DNA from: an uncultured Smithella sp.
Lineage (GTDB): Bacteria; Desulfobacterota; Syntrophia; Syntrophales; Smithellaceae
Assembly: GCA_964400795.1 (NCBI GenBank)
Contig: CAYNWA010000002.1
Span: 171,146 to 235,145, forward strand
Direction of reading: 5' to 3'
DNA: 64,000 nt
Shown: in pieces, positions 8,366-18,765 of the stretch
Numbering within the stretch: the stretch's first letter is position 1
Layout of the letters: each line of letters starts with the position of its first letter
Made by a program: the position numbers and the translations under genes
The notes under the pieces: model-generated
The model's input: only the letters and a program-made list of their open reading frames with translations
What the model was told of the DNA's origin: nothing
Database searches by the model: none

Positions 8366-9230
8366 TTGCCCTCGCCGCATGATAGGAACTGCGAACGAGT
8401 GGTCCTGATTCCACGTACTGAAAGCCTTTCCGGTAAGCGATTTCCTTTAATTCGGCAAATTCATCAGGGTGATAGTATTTGGCCACCGGCCAGTGTCTTA
8501 GTGTCGGCTGTTGGTATTGCCCGATGGTGAGACGCTGGCAGGAAACCGACGCCAGATCATCAATCAGTTGCAGAATATCCTCGCGGCGCTCACCAAAACC
8601 GATCATAAAACCGCTTTTGGAAACTACGGATGACGAACTTATATTTTTGAGCAGTTGAAGCGAAACGTCATAATTGCCCTGCGGACGCAGTTTCGCGAAC
8701 ATTGTTTTCACAACTTCTATGTTGTGATTGATGACATCCGGCCCTGCTGCAATAACTTTTTGAAGCGCCTCAGGATTCCCCTGAAAATCGGGAATCAAAA
8801 CTTCCACCTTGCAGCTTAAGTTTTCTTCCCGCAATCTGTTGACGTAATCGGCAAACACCTGCGCTCCGCCATCCGGCAAATCATCGCGGGTCACGGACGT
8901 CATCACCACGTATTCCAGTTCCATTTTTCTTACAGCATACACCAGATGATTGATTTCATTTTCATCAATGGCATGAGGCTGTCCATGTTGTACATTGCAG
9001 TAGAGACAGTCGCGTGTGCAGATATTACCCATAATAAGAAACGTCGCCGTGCCGCTGGCAAAGCATTCGGCCATGTTGGGACAGGCCGCTTCCTGACAAA
9101 CGGTATGTAACTTTAGATTAGCCAGAGTTGATTTTATATTACGGCACTCTCTGGAGAAAGGAGGCCGGACTTTCAGCCAGTAAGGCTTGTGCAGGAGTTG
9201 TGGTTTATCACTCAATGGTGTCATAGGCAT
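8361..9230 (-). CDS. lipA: Lipoyl synthase
   Basis: CPNMAECF and radical-SAM CTRDCLYCNV cysteine motifs. The ORF-track N-terminus (to 9353) runs through a REP element and overlaps gcvPB; 9230 is the first ATG clear of both. Confidence 0.9.
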   Translation of the reverse strand: MPMTPLSDKPQLLHKPYWLKVRPPFSRECRNIKSTLANLKLHTVCQEAACPNMAECFASGTATFLIMGNICTRDCLYCNVQHGQPHAIDENEINHLVYAVRKMELEYVVMTSVTRDDLPDGGAQVFADYVNRLREENLSCKVEVLIPDFQGNPEALQKVIAAGPDVINHNIEVVKTMFAKLRPQGNYDVSLQLLKNISSSSVVSKSGFMIGFGERREDILQLIDDLASVSCQRLTIGQYQQPTLRHWPVAKYYHPDEFAELKEIAYRKGFQYVESGPLVRSSYHAARAR

Positions 9231-9240
9231 TATTACTCGC

Positions 9241-9297
9241 GGAAAAATTCCTGGATTTACCCTGAAGGGCACCATGGCCCGCCTACGCGGGAATGAC
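9241..9297. repeat. REP-like repeat (family 1, long form)
   Basis: Its reverse complement gtcattcccgcgtaggcgggccatggtgcccttcagggtaaatccagg closely matches 17361..17405. Confidence 0.65.
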
Positions 9298-9303
9298 AAA
9301 TAC

Positions 9304-10746
9304 CTAAGATTTCTTCCAGCAGACATCCGGTTTGCGCGCGGCCAGCACTTCATCCAGCCGGGTGACCAGCGTTGATACCGGCGCGTTTTTCACAGCTTCT
9401 GGATTTTCCTTGGCTTCCTGAGCGATGGCAATCATGGAATCACAGAAAATATCCAGAGTCTCTTTGCTTTCCGTTTCAGTGGGTTCGATCATGATGGCTT
9501 CATGCACAATGAGCGGAAAATAAATAGTCGGCGGATGGTACCCGTAATCAATCAGCCGTTTGGCTATATCGGTCGTGTGCACACCGCTTTCAGCAACCTG
9601 TCTGTTGCCGGAAAAAACGCATTCGTGCATGCAGATCCTATCATAGGGCAAATCAAAATAGGGTTTTAATCTCTCCTTGATGTAGTTCGCGTTGAGCACC
9701 GCCATTTCGGTGGCACGTTTCAAACCTTCAGCTCCCAGAGAGCGAATGTAGGTGTAGGCTTTCACAATCACATTGAAGTTTCCGTAAAAAGCGCGGACAC
9801 GGCCAATGCTGTCGTGGAATTTTTCCGTCCAGGCATATTGGTTATCTTTTTTAACAATGCGAGGCACGGGAAGAAAATCAACCAGCGCTTTGCTCACCCC
9901 GACGGGGCCACTGCCAGGTCCGCCGCCGCCATGAGGAGTAGAAAAAGTTTTGTGCAGATTGAGCTGAATCACATCAAAGCCCAGATCGCCCGGCCTGGTT
10001 TTACCTAAAAAAGCGTTGGCATTGGCGCCGTCGCCATAAAGCAAACCGCCTTTCCCGTGAACGATTGCCGCAACCTTCTCGATATTACGCTCAAAAAGTC
10101 CCAGCGTATTGGGATTGGTCAGCATCAGCGCGGCCACGTCTTCCGTCATCAGAGATTCCAGATGCTCAATATCCACACCGCCTTCACTGTTGGATTTCAG
10201 TTCCATAATATCAAAGCCGCAAAGAGCACTCGACGCCGGATTGGTTCCGTGAGCGGCGTCCGGTATCAGAATGATTTTACGTTTCTGACCTTTCTTTTCA
10301 AAATATTTTTTAATCATCATGACGCCGGTGAATTCGCCGTGCGCGCCTGCCGCCGGCTGCAACGTAAAATCGGCCATGCCGAAAATTTCGCTCAATAATC
10401 TCTGCATTTCATAAATCAATTTCAGATTGCCCTGGGCAGATTCCTCATCAACATAGGGATGCAAACCGGTAAAGCCGGGCAAAGCGGCAACATTTTCGTT
10501 GACTTTGGGATTGTATTTCATTGTGCACGATCCCAAAGGATAAAAACCAAGATCAACGCCAAAATTACGACGTGACAAATTGGTATAATGACGAATCAGA
10601 TCAATTTCCGCCACTTCCGGCAAATCAAGTTCATCACGCAGATATTTACTGCCGATTGTCTCCTCAATATTAACAACGGGAACATCGCTCACGGTTATAT
10701 CCGCGGCAACGCGTCCGGATTTGCTTATTTCAAATATTAATTCCAT
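9304..10746 (-). CDS. gcvPB: Glycine dehydrogenase (decarboxylating) subunit 2
   Basis: 480 aa, PLP-lysine region [16 protein letters not shown]. Sits in a gcv operon. Confidence 0.95.
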   Translation of the reverse strand: MELIFEISKSGRVAADITVSDVPVVNIEETIGSKYLRDELDLPEVAEIDLIRHYTNLSRRNFGVDLGFYPLGSCTMKYNPKVNENVAALPGFTGLHPYVDEESAQGNLKLIYEMQRLLSEIFGMADFTLQPAAGAHGEFTGVMMIKKYFEKKGQKRKIILIPDAAHGTNPASSALCGFDIMELKSNSEGGVDIEHLESLMTEDVAALMLTNPNTLGLFERNIEKVAAIVHGKGGLLYGDGANANAFLGKTRPGDLGFDVIQLNLHKTFSTPHGGGGPGSGPVGVSKALVDFLPVPRIVKKDNQYAWTEKFHDSIGRVRAFYGNFNVIVKAYTYIRSLGAEGLKRATEMAVLNANYIKERLKPYFDLPYDRICMHECVFSGNRQVAESGVHTTDIAKRLIDYGYHPPTIYFPLIVHEAIMIEPTETESKETLDIFCDSMIAIAQEAKENPEAVKNAPVSTLVTRLDEVLAARKPDVCWKKS

Positions 10747-10806
10747 GATTTTCCTCTATTATGCCCCCTCTCCTGCCCTCTCCCACCAGGGGCGATGAAT
10801 TAACCA

Positions 10807-12132
10807 CTATCTCAGAATAGAAACAACTTTATCCATATCTTCCTTGGAAATCATTTCCGTCGCGCAGAAGAGCAACGTATTTTCCAGTTCCGGATAATCC
10901 CTGTCCATCTCATAACCGCCAATGATTCCTTCCTGTTTCAGTTTTTCATTTACCTTTTTGGAATCGGGGCAACGTAAAACGAATTCGTTATAAACGGGCG
11001 CGGAAAATACCTCTTTCCAGCCCGGAAGTTCCAGCAATCTGTGTTTCAGGTATTGAGCTTTATACACGTTAAGTTCGGCAAGCCTTTTCAAATTCCTGCC
11101 CAAAGCGGCAAGATAAACACCCGCCGCCAGAGCGCAAAGCGCTTCGTTGGAACAAATATTGGAAGTGGCTTTTTCCCGGCGAATATGTTGCTCACGGGTT
11201 TGCAGGGTCAACACGAATCCGCGCCGGCCTTTCTTATCAACCGTTGCGCCGACAAGCCTGCCTGGTATCCGGCGCATATATTTTTCCTTGGCCGCAAAAA
11301 TCCCAAGGTAAGGACCGCCGTAATTCAGAGCATTGCCGAAACTCTGGCCTTCACCCACTACAAAATCAGCTCCCTGGGCTCCCGCAGGCTTGAGAATGCC
11401 CAGAGAAGTGCCATCTGTAAAACCGGCTACAAGCAGCGCTCCTTTTTTATGAGCGACATCAACCGCAGGGGCGATATCTTCGATAACACCGAATAGATTC
11501 GGGCTTTGCACGATGACCGCGGCAACTTGATCATCAAGTTTTCTTTCCAACGCATCCAGGTCGATTTGACCGGACGGCGCGTAGGGCAGTTCAACGATCG
11601 TATAGCCGTTGGCCCAGCAGTATGTCCGTAAAACTTGTCTGTATTCGCGATGAACCGATCGGGCAACGATAATCTTATTGCGATTGGACATTTTCGCGCA
11701 GAGCACTGCGGCTTCGGCCATCGCTGAAGCTCCGTCATACATGGAAGCGTTGGCAATCTCCGTACCGGTGAGATGCGCAATCATGGTTTGATATTCATAA
11801 ATCGCCTGAAGGACTCCCTGGCTGATTTCGGCCTGATAAGGTGTGTAGGCGGTGTAAAATTCCGCACGTCCCGTGATATGGCCAACCACCGCCGGAATGA
11901 AATGGTGATAAGCCCCCGCTCCGGTCAATGTAAATCGCGGCAACTTGTTTTTTCCGGCAAGACCGTTCATGACGGACAGCGTTTCCAGTTCGGATAACGC
12001 GTCGGGAATATCAGGAATTTGTTTTAATTTGAATTTTTCTGGAATATCGGTAAAAAGTTCTTCAAGACTTGAAATACCAATAACAGACTGCATTTGAGCA
12101 ATATCATCGGAAGTGTGTGGGCAGTAATCCAT
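10807..12132 (-). CDS. gcvPA: Glycine dehydrogenase (decarboxylating) subunit 1
   Basis: 441 aa, P-protein alpha-subunit pattern (YTPYQAEISQG). Operon context. Confidence 0.95.
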   Translation of the reverse strand: MDYCPHTSDDIAQMQSVIGISSLEELFTDIPEKFKLKQIPDIPDALSELETLSVMNGLAGKNKLPRFTLTGAGAYHHFIPAVVGHITGRAEFYTAYTPYQAEISQGVLQAIYEYQTMIAHLTGTEIANASMYDGASAMAEAAVLCAKMSNRNKIIVARSVHREYRQVLRTYCWANGYTIVELPYAPSGQIDLDALERKLDDQVAAVIVQSPNLFGVIEDIAPAVDVAHKKGALLVAGFTDGTSLGILKPAGAQGADFVVGEGQSFGNALNYGGPYLGIFAAKEKYMRRIPGRLVGATVDKKGRRGFVLTLQTREQHIRREKATSNICSNEALCALAAGVYLAALGRNLKRLAELNVYKAQYLKHRLLELPGWKEVFSAPVYNEFVLRCPDSKKVNEKLKQEGIIGGYEMDRDYPELENTLLFCATEMISKEDMDKVVSILR

Positions 12133-12154
12133 GATTATTTTTTTCTTTCTTTTT

Positions 12155-12559
12155 TTATTGCGATTCTTTTTCCTCTTTAAGCATTTCTTCGTAACCAGCC
12201 GATGTCAGCAGCATATTGAGTTCATCCGGATTGAATAAGAGCATTTTCACAATCCAGCCTTCACCGAAAGCATCCTGATTGATCAGCTCCGGAGTTTCCT
12301 CCAATACTGAATTCACTTCAATGACTTCTCCTGTCACAGGGGAAAATACATCAGATACAGACTTGACGGATTCGACGACAGCCACTGTGGCATGCGGCAC
12401 AACTTTTCTGCCGATTTCCGGCAAATCCACAAAAACAATATCCGTGAGCATTTCCTGCGCGTAATCGGTTATGCCGAGTAATGCTGTTCCGTCGCTGTAG
12501 TAAATGATCCATTCATGGTCACGGGAATAATATCTGTCATCCGGATTTGGCTTGGCCAT
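12155..12559 (-). CDS. gcvH: Glycine cleavage system H protein
   Basis: 134 aa with lipoyl-lysine motif VESVKSVSDV. Confidence 0.95.
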   Translation of the reverse strand: MAKPNPDDRYYSRDHEWIIYYSDGTALLGITDYAQEMLTDIVFVDLPEIGRKVVPHATVAVVESVKSVSDVFSPVTGEVIEVNSVLEETPELINQDAFGEGWIVKMLLFNPDELNMLLTSAGYEEMLKEEKESQ

Positions 12560-12577
12560 AATGCCCCTCCTTTTATG

Positions 12578-13675
12578 TTATTTTAATCTCTTATAGAATG
12601 GTAACTTAACAACTTTTGCCGCAGTCATTGTCTCGCGAATAGTAATTTCTATTTGTGTATCTGGCGCGCTGCAATCAATGTCAACAAACGCCATACCGAT
12701 TGCTTTATTTAATGTCGGCGAAAAGGTACCGGATGTTACGATACCGATTTCTTTTCCATCTTTTATAACCTTATAACCATGACGGGCAATACCTCGCCCG
12801 GTCATTTCCAATCCTACCAGCTTTTTTTTGATTCCGGAACTTTTTTTTGCTTTAAGCGGGGCAGCTCCGATGAATTCCTTGCTTGCGTCAACGATCCAGC
12901 CATAAGGCACTTCCAGCGGACTGATCGACTCGTCCATATCCTGACCATTGAGCATCATGCCTGACTCCAAACGTAACGTGTCACGCGCGCCCAACCCACA
13001 TGGTTTCATTCCGAAAGCGGCTCCCTCTGCCATCAATTTATCCCAGATTTGACCGATTACATTACTTGAAGCGTATACTTCAAATCCGTCTTCCCCTGTA
13101 TAGCCGCTTCGGGAAATGATTGCCTCAAATCCCGCGACGTGAGACTTGCAGAAATGATAGAAACGCAGATTTTTCAGATCAGCTTTCGTTAGTTTTTGCA
13201 AAATTTCTTCAGAGCGTGGCCCCTGCAAATCTACCTTGCCCGTTTCATCGCTGATATCTTTTAACTCGCAGTCAAATTTTCTATCTTCGCAAATCTTTTT
13301 TATCCATTGCCAGTCTCTATCCTTGGGTGTGGCGTTGGTCACCAGCATGTAGAAATTTTCATCCATTCTATAAACAGTCAGATCATCAATAATGCCGCCT
13401 TCCTCATTAAGGAGTGCGGATAATTTAACCTGTCCAACAGTTTGATCCGTCAGATTTCTGGTTAAAACCAATTGTAGGAGATCAAGCGCTTGCAGACCCC
13501 TGACTTCTATTTCTCCCATGTGGCAGATATCAAAAAGACCGGCGGCGTTTCGGGTTGTTTTGTGTTCATCAATGACATTGGTGTATTGCACCGGCATGGC
13601 CCACCCGCCGAAATCAATTATTTTGGCCTTCAGGGCAACATGCTTTTCATATAAGGGCGTCTTTTTCATGTTCAT
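12578..13675 (-). CDS. gcvT: Aminomethyltransferase (glycine cleavage T protein)
   Basis: 365 aa. GcvT N-terminal pattern TPLYEKH...GWAMPVQY, GLFDICHMGE. Operon context. Confidence 0.95.
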   Translation of the reverse strand: MNMKKTPLYEKHVALKAKIIDFGGWAMPVQYTNVIDEHKTTRNAAGLFDICHMGEIEVRGLQALDLLQLVLTRNLTDQTVGQVKLSALLNEEGGIIDDLTVYRMDENFYMLVTNATPKDRDWQWIKKICEDRKFDCELKDISDETGKVDLQGPRSEEILQKLTKADLKNLRFYHFCKSHVAGFEAIISRSGYTGEDGFEVYASSNVIGQIWDKLMAEGAAFGMKPCGLGARDTLRLESGMMLNGQDMDESISPLEVPYGWIVDASKEFIGAAPLKAKKSSGIKKKLVGLEMTGRGIARHGYKVIKDGKEIGIVTSGTFSPTLNKAIGMAFVDIDCSAPDTQIEITIRETMTAAKVVKLPFYKRLK

Positions 13676-13851
13676 TTTTTATCCTGCTCGCGATGAACAA
13701 ACTGGGAACACTGGATTTTCAGCATGAAACTTTCTTTTCCGGTGAAAAAATAATAGCGGAAAAATCTTCTAATTTCACCTGCAATGATAATTGTTGAAGA
13801 AGCTACTATAAGTAAAAATATATTTCAAGAATGAATCATTATTTGAACTGA

Positions 13852-14424
13852 TTATTCTTTCAGAAGTTTTTCAAAAAACATTTGTTTGTTTTTGGGGTAA
13901 TAAATATCGCCGTAATCAACAATCAGTTTGCCGTCCAGATGGTCAACTTCATGCTGGATAACACGGGCAATATAATCCAGATATTTTTTATTGACCTTCC
14001 CCCCCTTGGCATCCAGAGCACGCACCTTGATTTCCGAAAAGCGGCTGACCTCCACCTGAACATCGGGACACGAAAGACATCCTTCCGCCGCGGCTACTTT
14101 TTCGCCACGCTCTTGGGTAATCCTTGGATTAACTAGCACTTCTATATCATTAATATCCTTTATTTTCTTTTGACCATCCTCGGGAACTTTGGCACGGAAA
14201 ACGATTACCCTTTTATTGATACCGATCTGCGGCGCGGCCAACCCCGAGGCGTCATCTCTTGCCATGAAAGAATCTATTAGCGTTTGAACAATTTCACGCC
14301 CTTCTTTATCCAAAGGCACAGGCAACTCAACGGATTTTTTCCTTAACACAGAGGTATCCTCTGCGTTTATTCCTTCTTGATTCCATAATGCCAAAACTCT
14401 TTTTGTGGACATAGACTTACTCAA
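13852..14424 (-). CDS. def: Peptide deformylase
   Basis: Metal-binding motifs GLAAPQIG, EGCLSCP, QHEVDHLDG. The ORF-track start 14424 is TTG; the first ATG is at 14412. Confidence 0.9.
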   Translation of the reverse strand: MSKSMSTKRVLALWNQEGINAEDTSVLRKKSVELPVPLDKEGREIVQTLIDSFMARDDASGLAAPQIGINKRVIVFRAKVPEDGQKKIKDINDIEVLVNPRITQERGEKVAAAEGCLSCPDVQVEVSRFSEIKVRALDAKGGKVNKKYLDYIARVIQHEVDHLDGKLIVDYGDIYYPKNKQMFFEKLLKE

Positions 14425-14544
14425 AAATTATTTTGGTGCGTCCTTTATCATTTATTTTCTGTTATTTCAAGATATTGTCGCTTGCAATCAACACCTATAT
14501 TTTGCTAAGTAACCCACAAGTACGCAAGTAAGTTTTTTAAATAT

Positions 14545-15801
14545 ATGAATATAATTAATCAAATCGTCACCAAATTTTCCCAACGGGAATTCGCCCGTTC
14601 GCTGAAATTTGAAGAAGGAAGCACGCCGGAATTGCCTTCCTGCAATGACGACAAACAGCGTCTTCTCTATCTTCACATTCCTTTTTGCGAAGAGCTCTGC
14701 CCTTACTGTTCTTTTCACCGGATCACTTTTGAAGAGTCCCTAACCAGAAAATATTTTCAGGCTCTGCGCCGGGAAATCAAAATTTATCACGAAAAAGGTT
14801 ATAAATTCGAAGGGATTTACGTTGGCGGCGGCACACCGACCGTGCTGATCGATGAATTGGCCGACACGCTGGATCTGGCACGGGAACTTTTCCCCATCAT
14901 AGACATATCCGTGGAAACCAATCCCAACCATTTAATATCGCGTAATATTGAAATTCTGCAAAAGCATGGCGTCAAGAGACTTTCCGTGGGAGTGCAGACT
15001 TTTAACGACGATATGCTTAAAAAAATCGGCCGTTACGACAAATACGGCTCCGGTCAGGAAATCGCCGAGCGGCTGAAAAACACTCAGGGATTTTTTCACA
15101 CGTTAAACGCCGATATGATTTTTAATTTCCCCGGCCAAACCATCCAAATGCTGGAAGATGACCTGGCCATGATTCTTAAATTAAACATGGACCAGGTGAC
15201 CTTCTATCCTTTGATGATTTCCTCCTTGACGCAGGAGATTATGAAAGAGACCGTGGGTAATGTTGATTTCAGCGGCGAAGAAAAATTTTATAAATTGATC
15301 GTCCGGCGTCTGGAAAAAAATTACGATTTTTCTTCGGCCTGGTGCTTCTCGCGCAAAGAGTCGCTGGTTGATGAATACGTTGTTGAATTCGAGGAATACG
15401 CCGGCCTGGGCAGCGGCGCCATCGGCTATCTTTACGGAACCTGTTATTCCAACACGTTTGACATTGAAGGATATATTGCTTCTCTGGAAAAAGGAAAACT
15501 ACCGCTGCAGGCTTCCCGCACGTTCGGCCTTCACGATCAGATGAGCTACGATTTCATGATGAAACTTTTCAGCACCAGACTTGATATTGAAGCCATGCAG
15601 AAAAAATATGACGGCAAGTTTTTGAAAACCATGTGGAAAGAGATAGCCGCCTTTGAAATTGTTCGGGCTTACCGTTATTTTGATCATTATTTGCACCTGA
15701 CACCGTATGGCCGTTATCTATGGGTGATTATGATGCGGGAGTTTTTTATCGCCGTGAATAATTTCCGCGACTACTGCCGCAAGCAGGTGAAGATAGGATA
15801 A
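14545..15801 (+). CDS. HemN-like radical SAM protein (coproporphyrinogen III oxidase family)
   Basis: CEELCPYCSF CxxxCxxC cluster motif, GGGTP, HemN-type C-terminal region. The exact subfamily cannot be told from sequence alone. Confidence 0.8.
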   Translation: MNIINQIVTKFSQREFARSLKFEEGSTPELPSCNDDKQRLLYLHIPFCEELCPYCSFHRITFEESLTRKYFQALRREIKIYHEKGYKFEGIYVGGGTPTVLIDELADTLDLARELFPIIDISVETNPNHLISRNIEILQKHGVKRLSVGVQTFNDDMLKKIGRYDKYGSGQEIAERLKNTQGFFHTLNADMIFNFPGQTIQMLEDDLAMILKLNMDQVTFYPLMISSLTQEIMKETVGNVDFSGEEKFYKLIVRRLEKNYDFSSAWCFSRKESLVDEYVVEFEEYAGLGSGAIGYLYGTCYSNTFDIEGYIASLEKGKLPLQASRTFGLHDQMSYDFMMKLFSTRLDIEAMQKKYDGKFLKTMWKEIAAFEIVRAYRYFDHYLHLTPYGRYLWVIMMREFFIAVNNFRDYCRKQVKIG

Positions 15802-15822
15802 ACAAAATAATACACTACCTCT

Positions 15823-15887
15823 GTCATGCCGTTGAAGAACGGCATCCAGGAAAAAACAAACTGGATTCCGGCCTTCGCCGGAATGAC
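15823..15887. repeat. REP-like repeat (family 1), inverted pair
   Basis: gtcatgccgttgaagaacggcatcc ... ggattccggccttcgccggaatgac. Confidence 0.6.
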
Positions 15888-15901
15888 GACAAAGGACTTT
15901 T

Positions 15902-17317
15902 ATGGACGAACAACGAAAAGAAATGTTGAAGCAGTTACCGAAAATTGATGAAGTTCTGCTAATTCTAGAGAAGCAAAACATTTACGACCTGGCGCCGAAA
16001 GACGTCGTCAAGGAAACCTGCCGTAAGATTGTACAGGATCTACGCGATAAAATCGTCAACACCAAGAAGAAACTGCCTGCGGAATTCAGTCCCGATGCTA
16101 AAACAGTAGCCAAAGAGGTGGAAAAATCAATCAAAGGATTGTACCGTTACAGCCTGCGCCGTGTCGTCAATGCTACCGGTGTTATCCTGCACACCAACCT
16201 GGGACGCGCGCCGCTTTGTCCCGAAGCACTGGAAAGAATTATCGAAGTGGGCAAGGCCTACTCCAATCTGGAATTTGATTTAACCAAAGGCGAACGCGGC
16301 CAGCGCTACGACCATGTCAGCTCGCTGCTTTGCGCCCTAACAGGAGCCGAAGACGCACTGATCGTCAACAACAACGCCGCAGCGGTTTTACTGGTGCTAA
16401 ATACGCTGGCCCAGAAAAAAGAAGCCATCGTATCCCGCGGCGAGCTTATTGAAATCGGCGGTGAATTCCGCATTCCGGAAATCATGCAGAAAAGCGCGAC
16501 AAAACTTCGCGAAGTGGGAACGACCAACCGCACGCGCCTGAGCGATTACGAAAAAGCCGTCAACGACAAAACCGGTCTGATTATGAAAGTCCACACCAGC
16601 AATTACCGCATTGTGGGATTCACCGAAGAAGCAAGCATTGAATCGCTGGTTGAACTGGGAAAAAACAGGGGCATTCCGATCATGGATGATCTGGGCAGCG
16701 GTTGCCTGATCGACCTTGACCTCTATGGTCTGCAGCACGAACCGACGATTCGCGAAAGACTGGCCACCGGCGTTGATGTGGTCACCTTCAGTGGTGACAA
16801 ACTGCTGGGCGGCCCACAGGCTGGCATCATTGTCGGTAAAAAGGACGTTCTTGCAAAAATCAAAAAGAATCCCTTGAACCGCGCCCTGCGTATCGACAAA
16901 TTCACACTGGCCGCTCTGGAAGCCACACTGATGCTCTACTTGAATACCGCTACGGCACCCAAGAAATTAAGAGCGCTGAAAGCGTTAACCGAACCTGTTG
17001 AGGATGTTAGAAAACGCGCTGAGAAATTAATTGCGAAACTACAGAAAGAAAACTTCGCCTCGCTGAAATTTTCCATCCGCGAAGACTTCGCGGCAGCCGG
17101 AGGTGGTTCTTTGCCTACGCAGCAGATTCCGACTGTTTTGGTCGCTGTCCAAAACAAAAAAATGCCGGCGACAAAGATGGAAGAAAAACTGCGCCAGCTC
17201 GACGTGCCCATCATCGCCCGTGTGGATAAAGACGAAATCCTTTTCGATTTACGCACAGTCTCTGAGGATGAATTTGCTTTCATCGTCGAAGGTTTGAAAC
17301 AGATAACGGCTAATTAA
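15902..17317 (+). CDS. selA: L-seryl-tRNA(Sec) selenium transferase
   Basis: 471 aa, SelA-specific PLP-lysine region FSGDKLLGGPQAGIIVG, typical N-terminal LP.IDEVL segment. Confidence 0.9.
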   Translation: MDEQRKEMLKQLPKIDEVLLILEKQNIYDLAPKDVVKETCRKIVQDLRDKIVNTKKKLPAEFSPDAKTVAKEVEKSIKGLYRYSLRRVVNATGVILHTNLGRAPLCPEALERIIEVGKAYSNLEFDLTKGERGQRYDHVSSLLCALTGAEDALIVNNNAAAVLLVLNTLAQKKEAIVSRGELIEIGGEFRIPEIMQKSATKLREVGTTNRTRLSDYEKAVNDKTGLIMKVHTSNYRIVGFTEEASIESLVELGKNRGIPIMDDLGSGCLIDLDLYGLQHEPTIRERLATGVDVVTFSGDKLLGGPQAGIIVGKKDVLAKIKKNPLNRALRIDKFTLAALEATLMLYLNTATAPKKLRALKALTEPVEDVRKRAEKLIAKLQKENFASLKFSIREDFAAAGGGSLPTQQIPTVLVAVQNKKMPATKMEEKLRQLDVPIIARVDKDEILFDLRTVSEDEFAFIVEGLKQITAN

Positions 17318-17323
17318 GAGCGC

Positions 17324-17484
17324 GGCGCGTTCGGCGAACGCGCCCTACAAAAACTATTTTGTCATTCCCGCGAAGGCGGGCCATGGTGCCCGCTAGGGTA
17401 AATCCAGAAATTGTGTTCAGCCAAGTCTTTTTGACTTGGCTGAACACAACACAGATAAACAGTCGAGTCCAAAAGACTCGACTG
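17324..17484 (+). other. Stack of four stem-loops downstream of selA (one is a family-1 REP)
   Basis: 17324-17344: 9-bp stem. 17361-17405: REP long form. 17412-17448: perfect 16-bp stem with ttttt loop. 17460-17484: perfect 10-bp stem with caaaa loop. Confidence 0.7.
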
Positions 17485-17533
17485 AACTTAAGTCATGCGT
17501 TTCATCTGTAAAATTCAATTTCAGGAGGGCGGC

Positions 17534-18670
17534 ATGAAAAATTTTAAAAGCGCAAAAATAAATAGTTTAGTTTTTCAATTCCTTCTAACATTCGTTTTAA
17601 TAATAATCACAGCACAAACAGGCAATTGTTTTGCCATGCGATCAAAAGGAACAAAAGACAGTATAGACAATTTAAGCTTTTCCCATGATGGGAAGAAAGT
17701 AATATTTGACCGCTGCCGTGAAGGCTGCCAGATACAGGTCTATAATCTGGAGACAGGCGAACTGGCCGCCTATCAATCGCCCGCCAACGAACGTTGGACA
17801 ATGGCAAAGCAGTCTTATGATGGCAAAAAGATAGTATTATCCGTCATGCCTGTTATTGACGGACATGTTGATCTCTCCGAAATGCAGATCGCCGTCATGG
17901 ATGCCGACGGGAAAAATTACAAAAAGATAACCAACGGCCCCGGCGCCAAGCTCTATCCCACCTTTTCGCATAACGGGAAAAAGGTTCTCTATGCCCGTGC
18001 GGCGTACATGAGAAAGAGCGGCAAAACACCCGCCGCGCAGTACGATGCATGGGAAGTTGATTTAACAACCGGCACGCAGAGGCAACTTACCTTTTTCAAA
18101 TACTTTTATATGGGATATCTTACGTATTTGCCTGATGACGAACGATTTATCTATTATGGTGAAATGCCTGAGGCATTTCCCGGTCTTGATCTGCCGAAAG
18201 GTGATCCCAGAAAAGCGCAGGAAATGATCAGGCAGGAACAGATGAAGAGGAAGATTGGCATAGCGGGCATATTAGTCATGAAGAGAGGCGAAGACCTGCC
18301 GCAGGAACAATACCATTTTGGCAAGGGCTTTAACGCCGAACGGCCGCTTTTGAGCAAGGACGGCTCCAAGCTGATCGTTGAAAAAAGTGTATCAGCGGGT
18401 GAATTTTATCTCTATTCAGCGGATGGGAATCATCGGCTCGTGGGAGAAGGCGGTTCTGTTAATGCCGCGGCTATATCGCCGGATGGAGAACTGTTGGCGA
18501 TGATAGCTTTCAGTTTACATGTTTTTACAGTTCGGGACGGCAAACGAAAAGTAATATTATATTTACCATCTGCACCTAAGACAATTGAAAATTGGGAGGT
18601 AGCATACCGAGGAAGTGAAAATCTATACAGGATGATACCAGCAAAACCATTGCGTATACTCAACAGATGA
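17534..18670 (+). CDS. Secreted TolB-like beta-propeller (PD40/WD40-like repeat) protein
   Basis: SD aggaggg before the ATG at 17534. Signal peptide. Repeated PD40-type signatures SHDGKKVIF, SYDGKKIVL, SHNGKKVLY, SKDGSKLIV, SPDGELLA. Confidence 0.75.
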   Translation: MKNFKSAKINSLVFQFLLTFVLIIITAQTGNCFAMRSKGTKDSIDNLSFSHDGKKVIFDRCREGCQIQVYNLETGELAAYQSPANERWTMAKQSYDGKKIVLSVMPVIDGHVDLSEMQIAVMDADGKNYKKITNGPGAKLYPTFSHNGKKVLYARAAYMRKSGKTPAAQYDAWEVDLTTGTQRQLTFFKYFYMGYLTYLPDDERFIYYGEMPEAFPGLDLPKGDPRKAQEMIRQEQMKRKIGIAGILVMKRGEDLPQEQYHFGKGFNAERPLLSKDGSKLIVEKSVSAGEFYLYSADGNHRLVGEGGSVNAAAISPDGELLAMIAFSLHVFTVRDGKRKVILYLPSAPKTIENWEVAYRGSENLYRMIPAKPLRILNR

Positions 18671-18765
18671 TGGGTGAAAACGCTTTTGCAAACTTTCTTT
18701 AGAAATATTTATGATGATGTTTCATGGTAAAAAGAAAATGACAGACCTTAAAGGGGAGAATGAAT

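Noticed and set aside
8210-8530. ORF-track CDS (106 aa, HYPLFTIHH... repeats) on the plus strand
   Set aside because: Its repetitive peptide is simply the translated heptamer array. It has a TTG start with no SD, and its 3' part is antisense to lipA.
9231-9353. Long N-terminal extensions of lipA (to 9353), kdsB (22181), ilvD (27418) and the secreted protein (4123) given by the ORF track
   Set aside because: The extensions run through REP elements or a promoter, overlap upstream genes or use TTG, and homologous proteins start at the internal Met, which has a better SD.
13676-13851. Possible glycine riboswitch in the leader of the gcvT operon
   Set aside because: Reading the minus strand, I could not find the conserved GGAGAG ... 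CACCG ... GGGGCAA/CUCUGG-type cores of glycine aptamers. The region is AT-rich with no convincing paired aptamer architecture. An Infernal scan would settle it.
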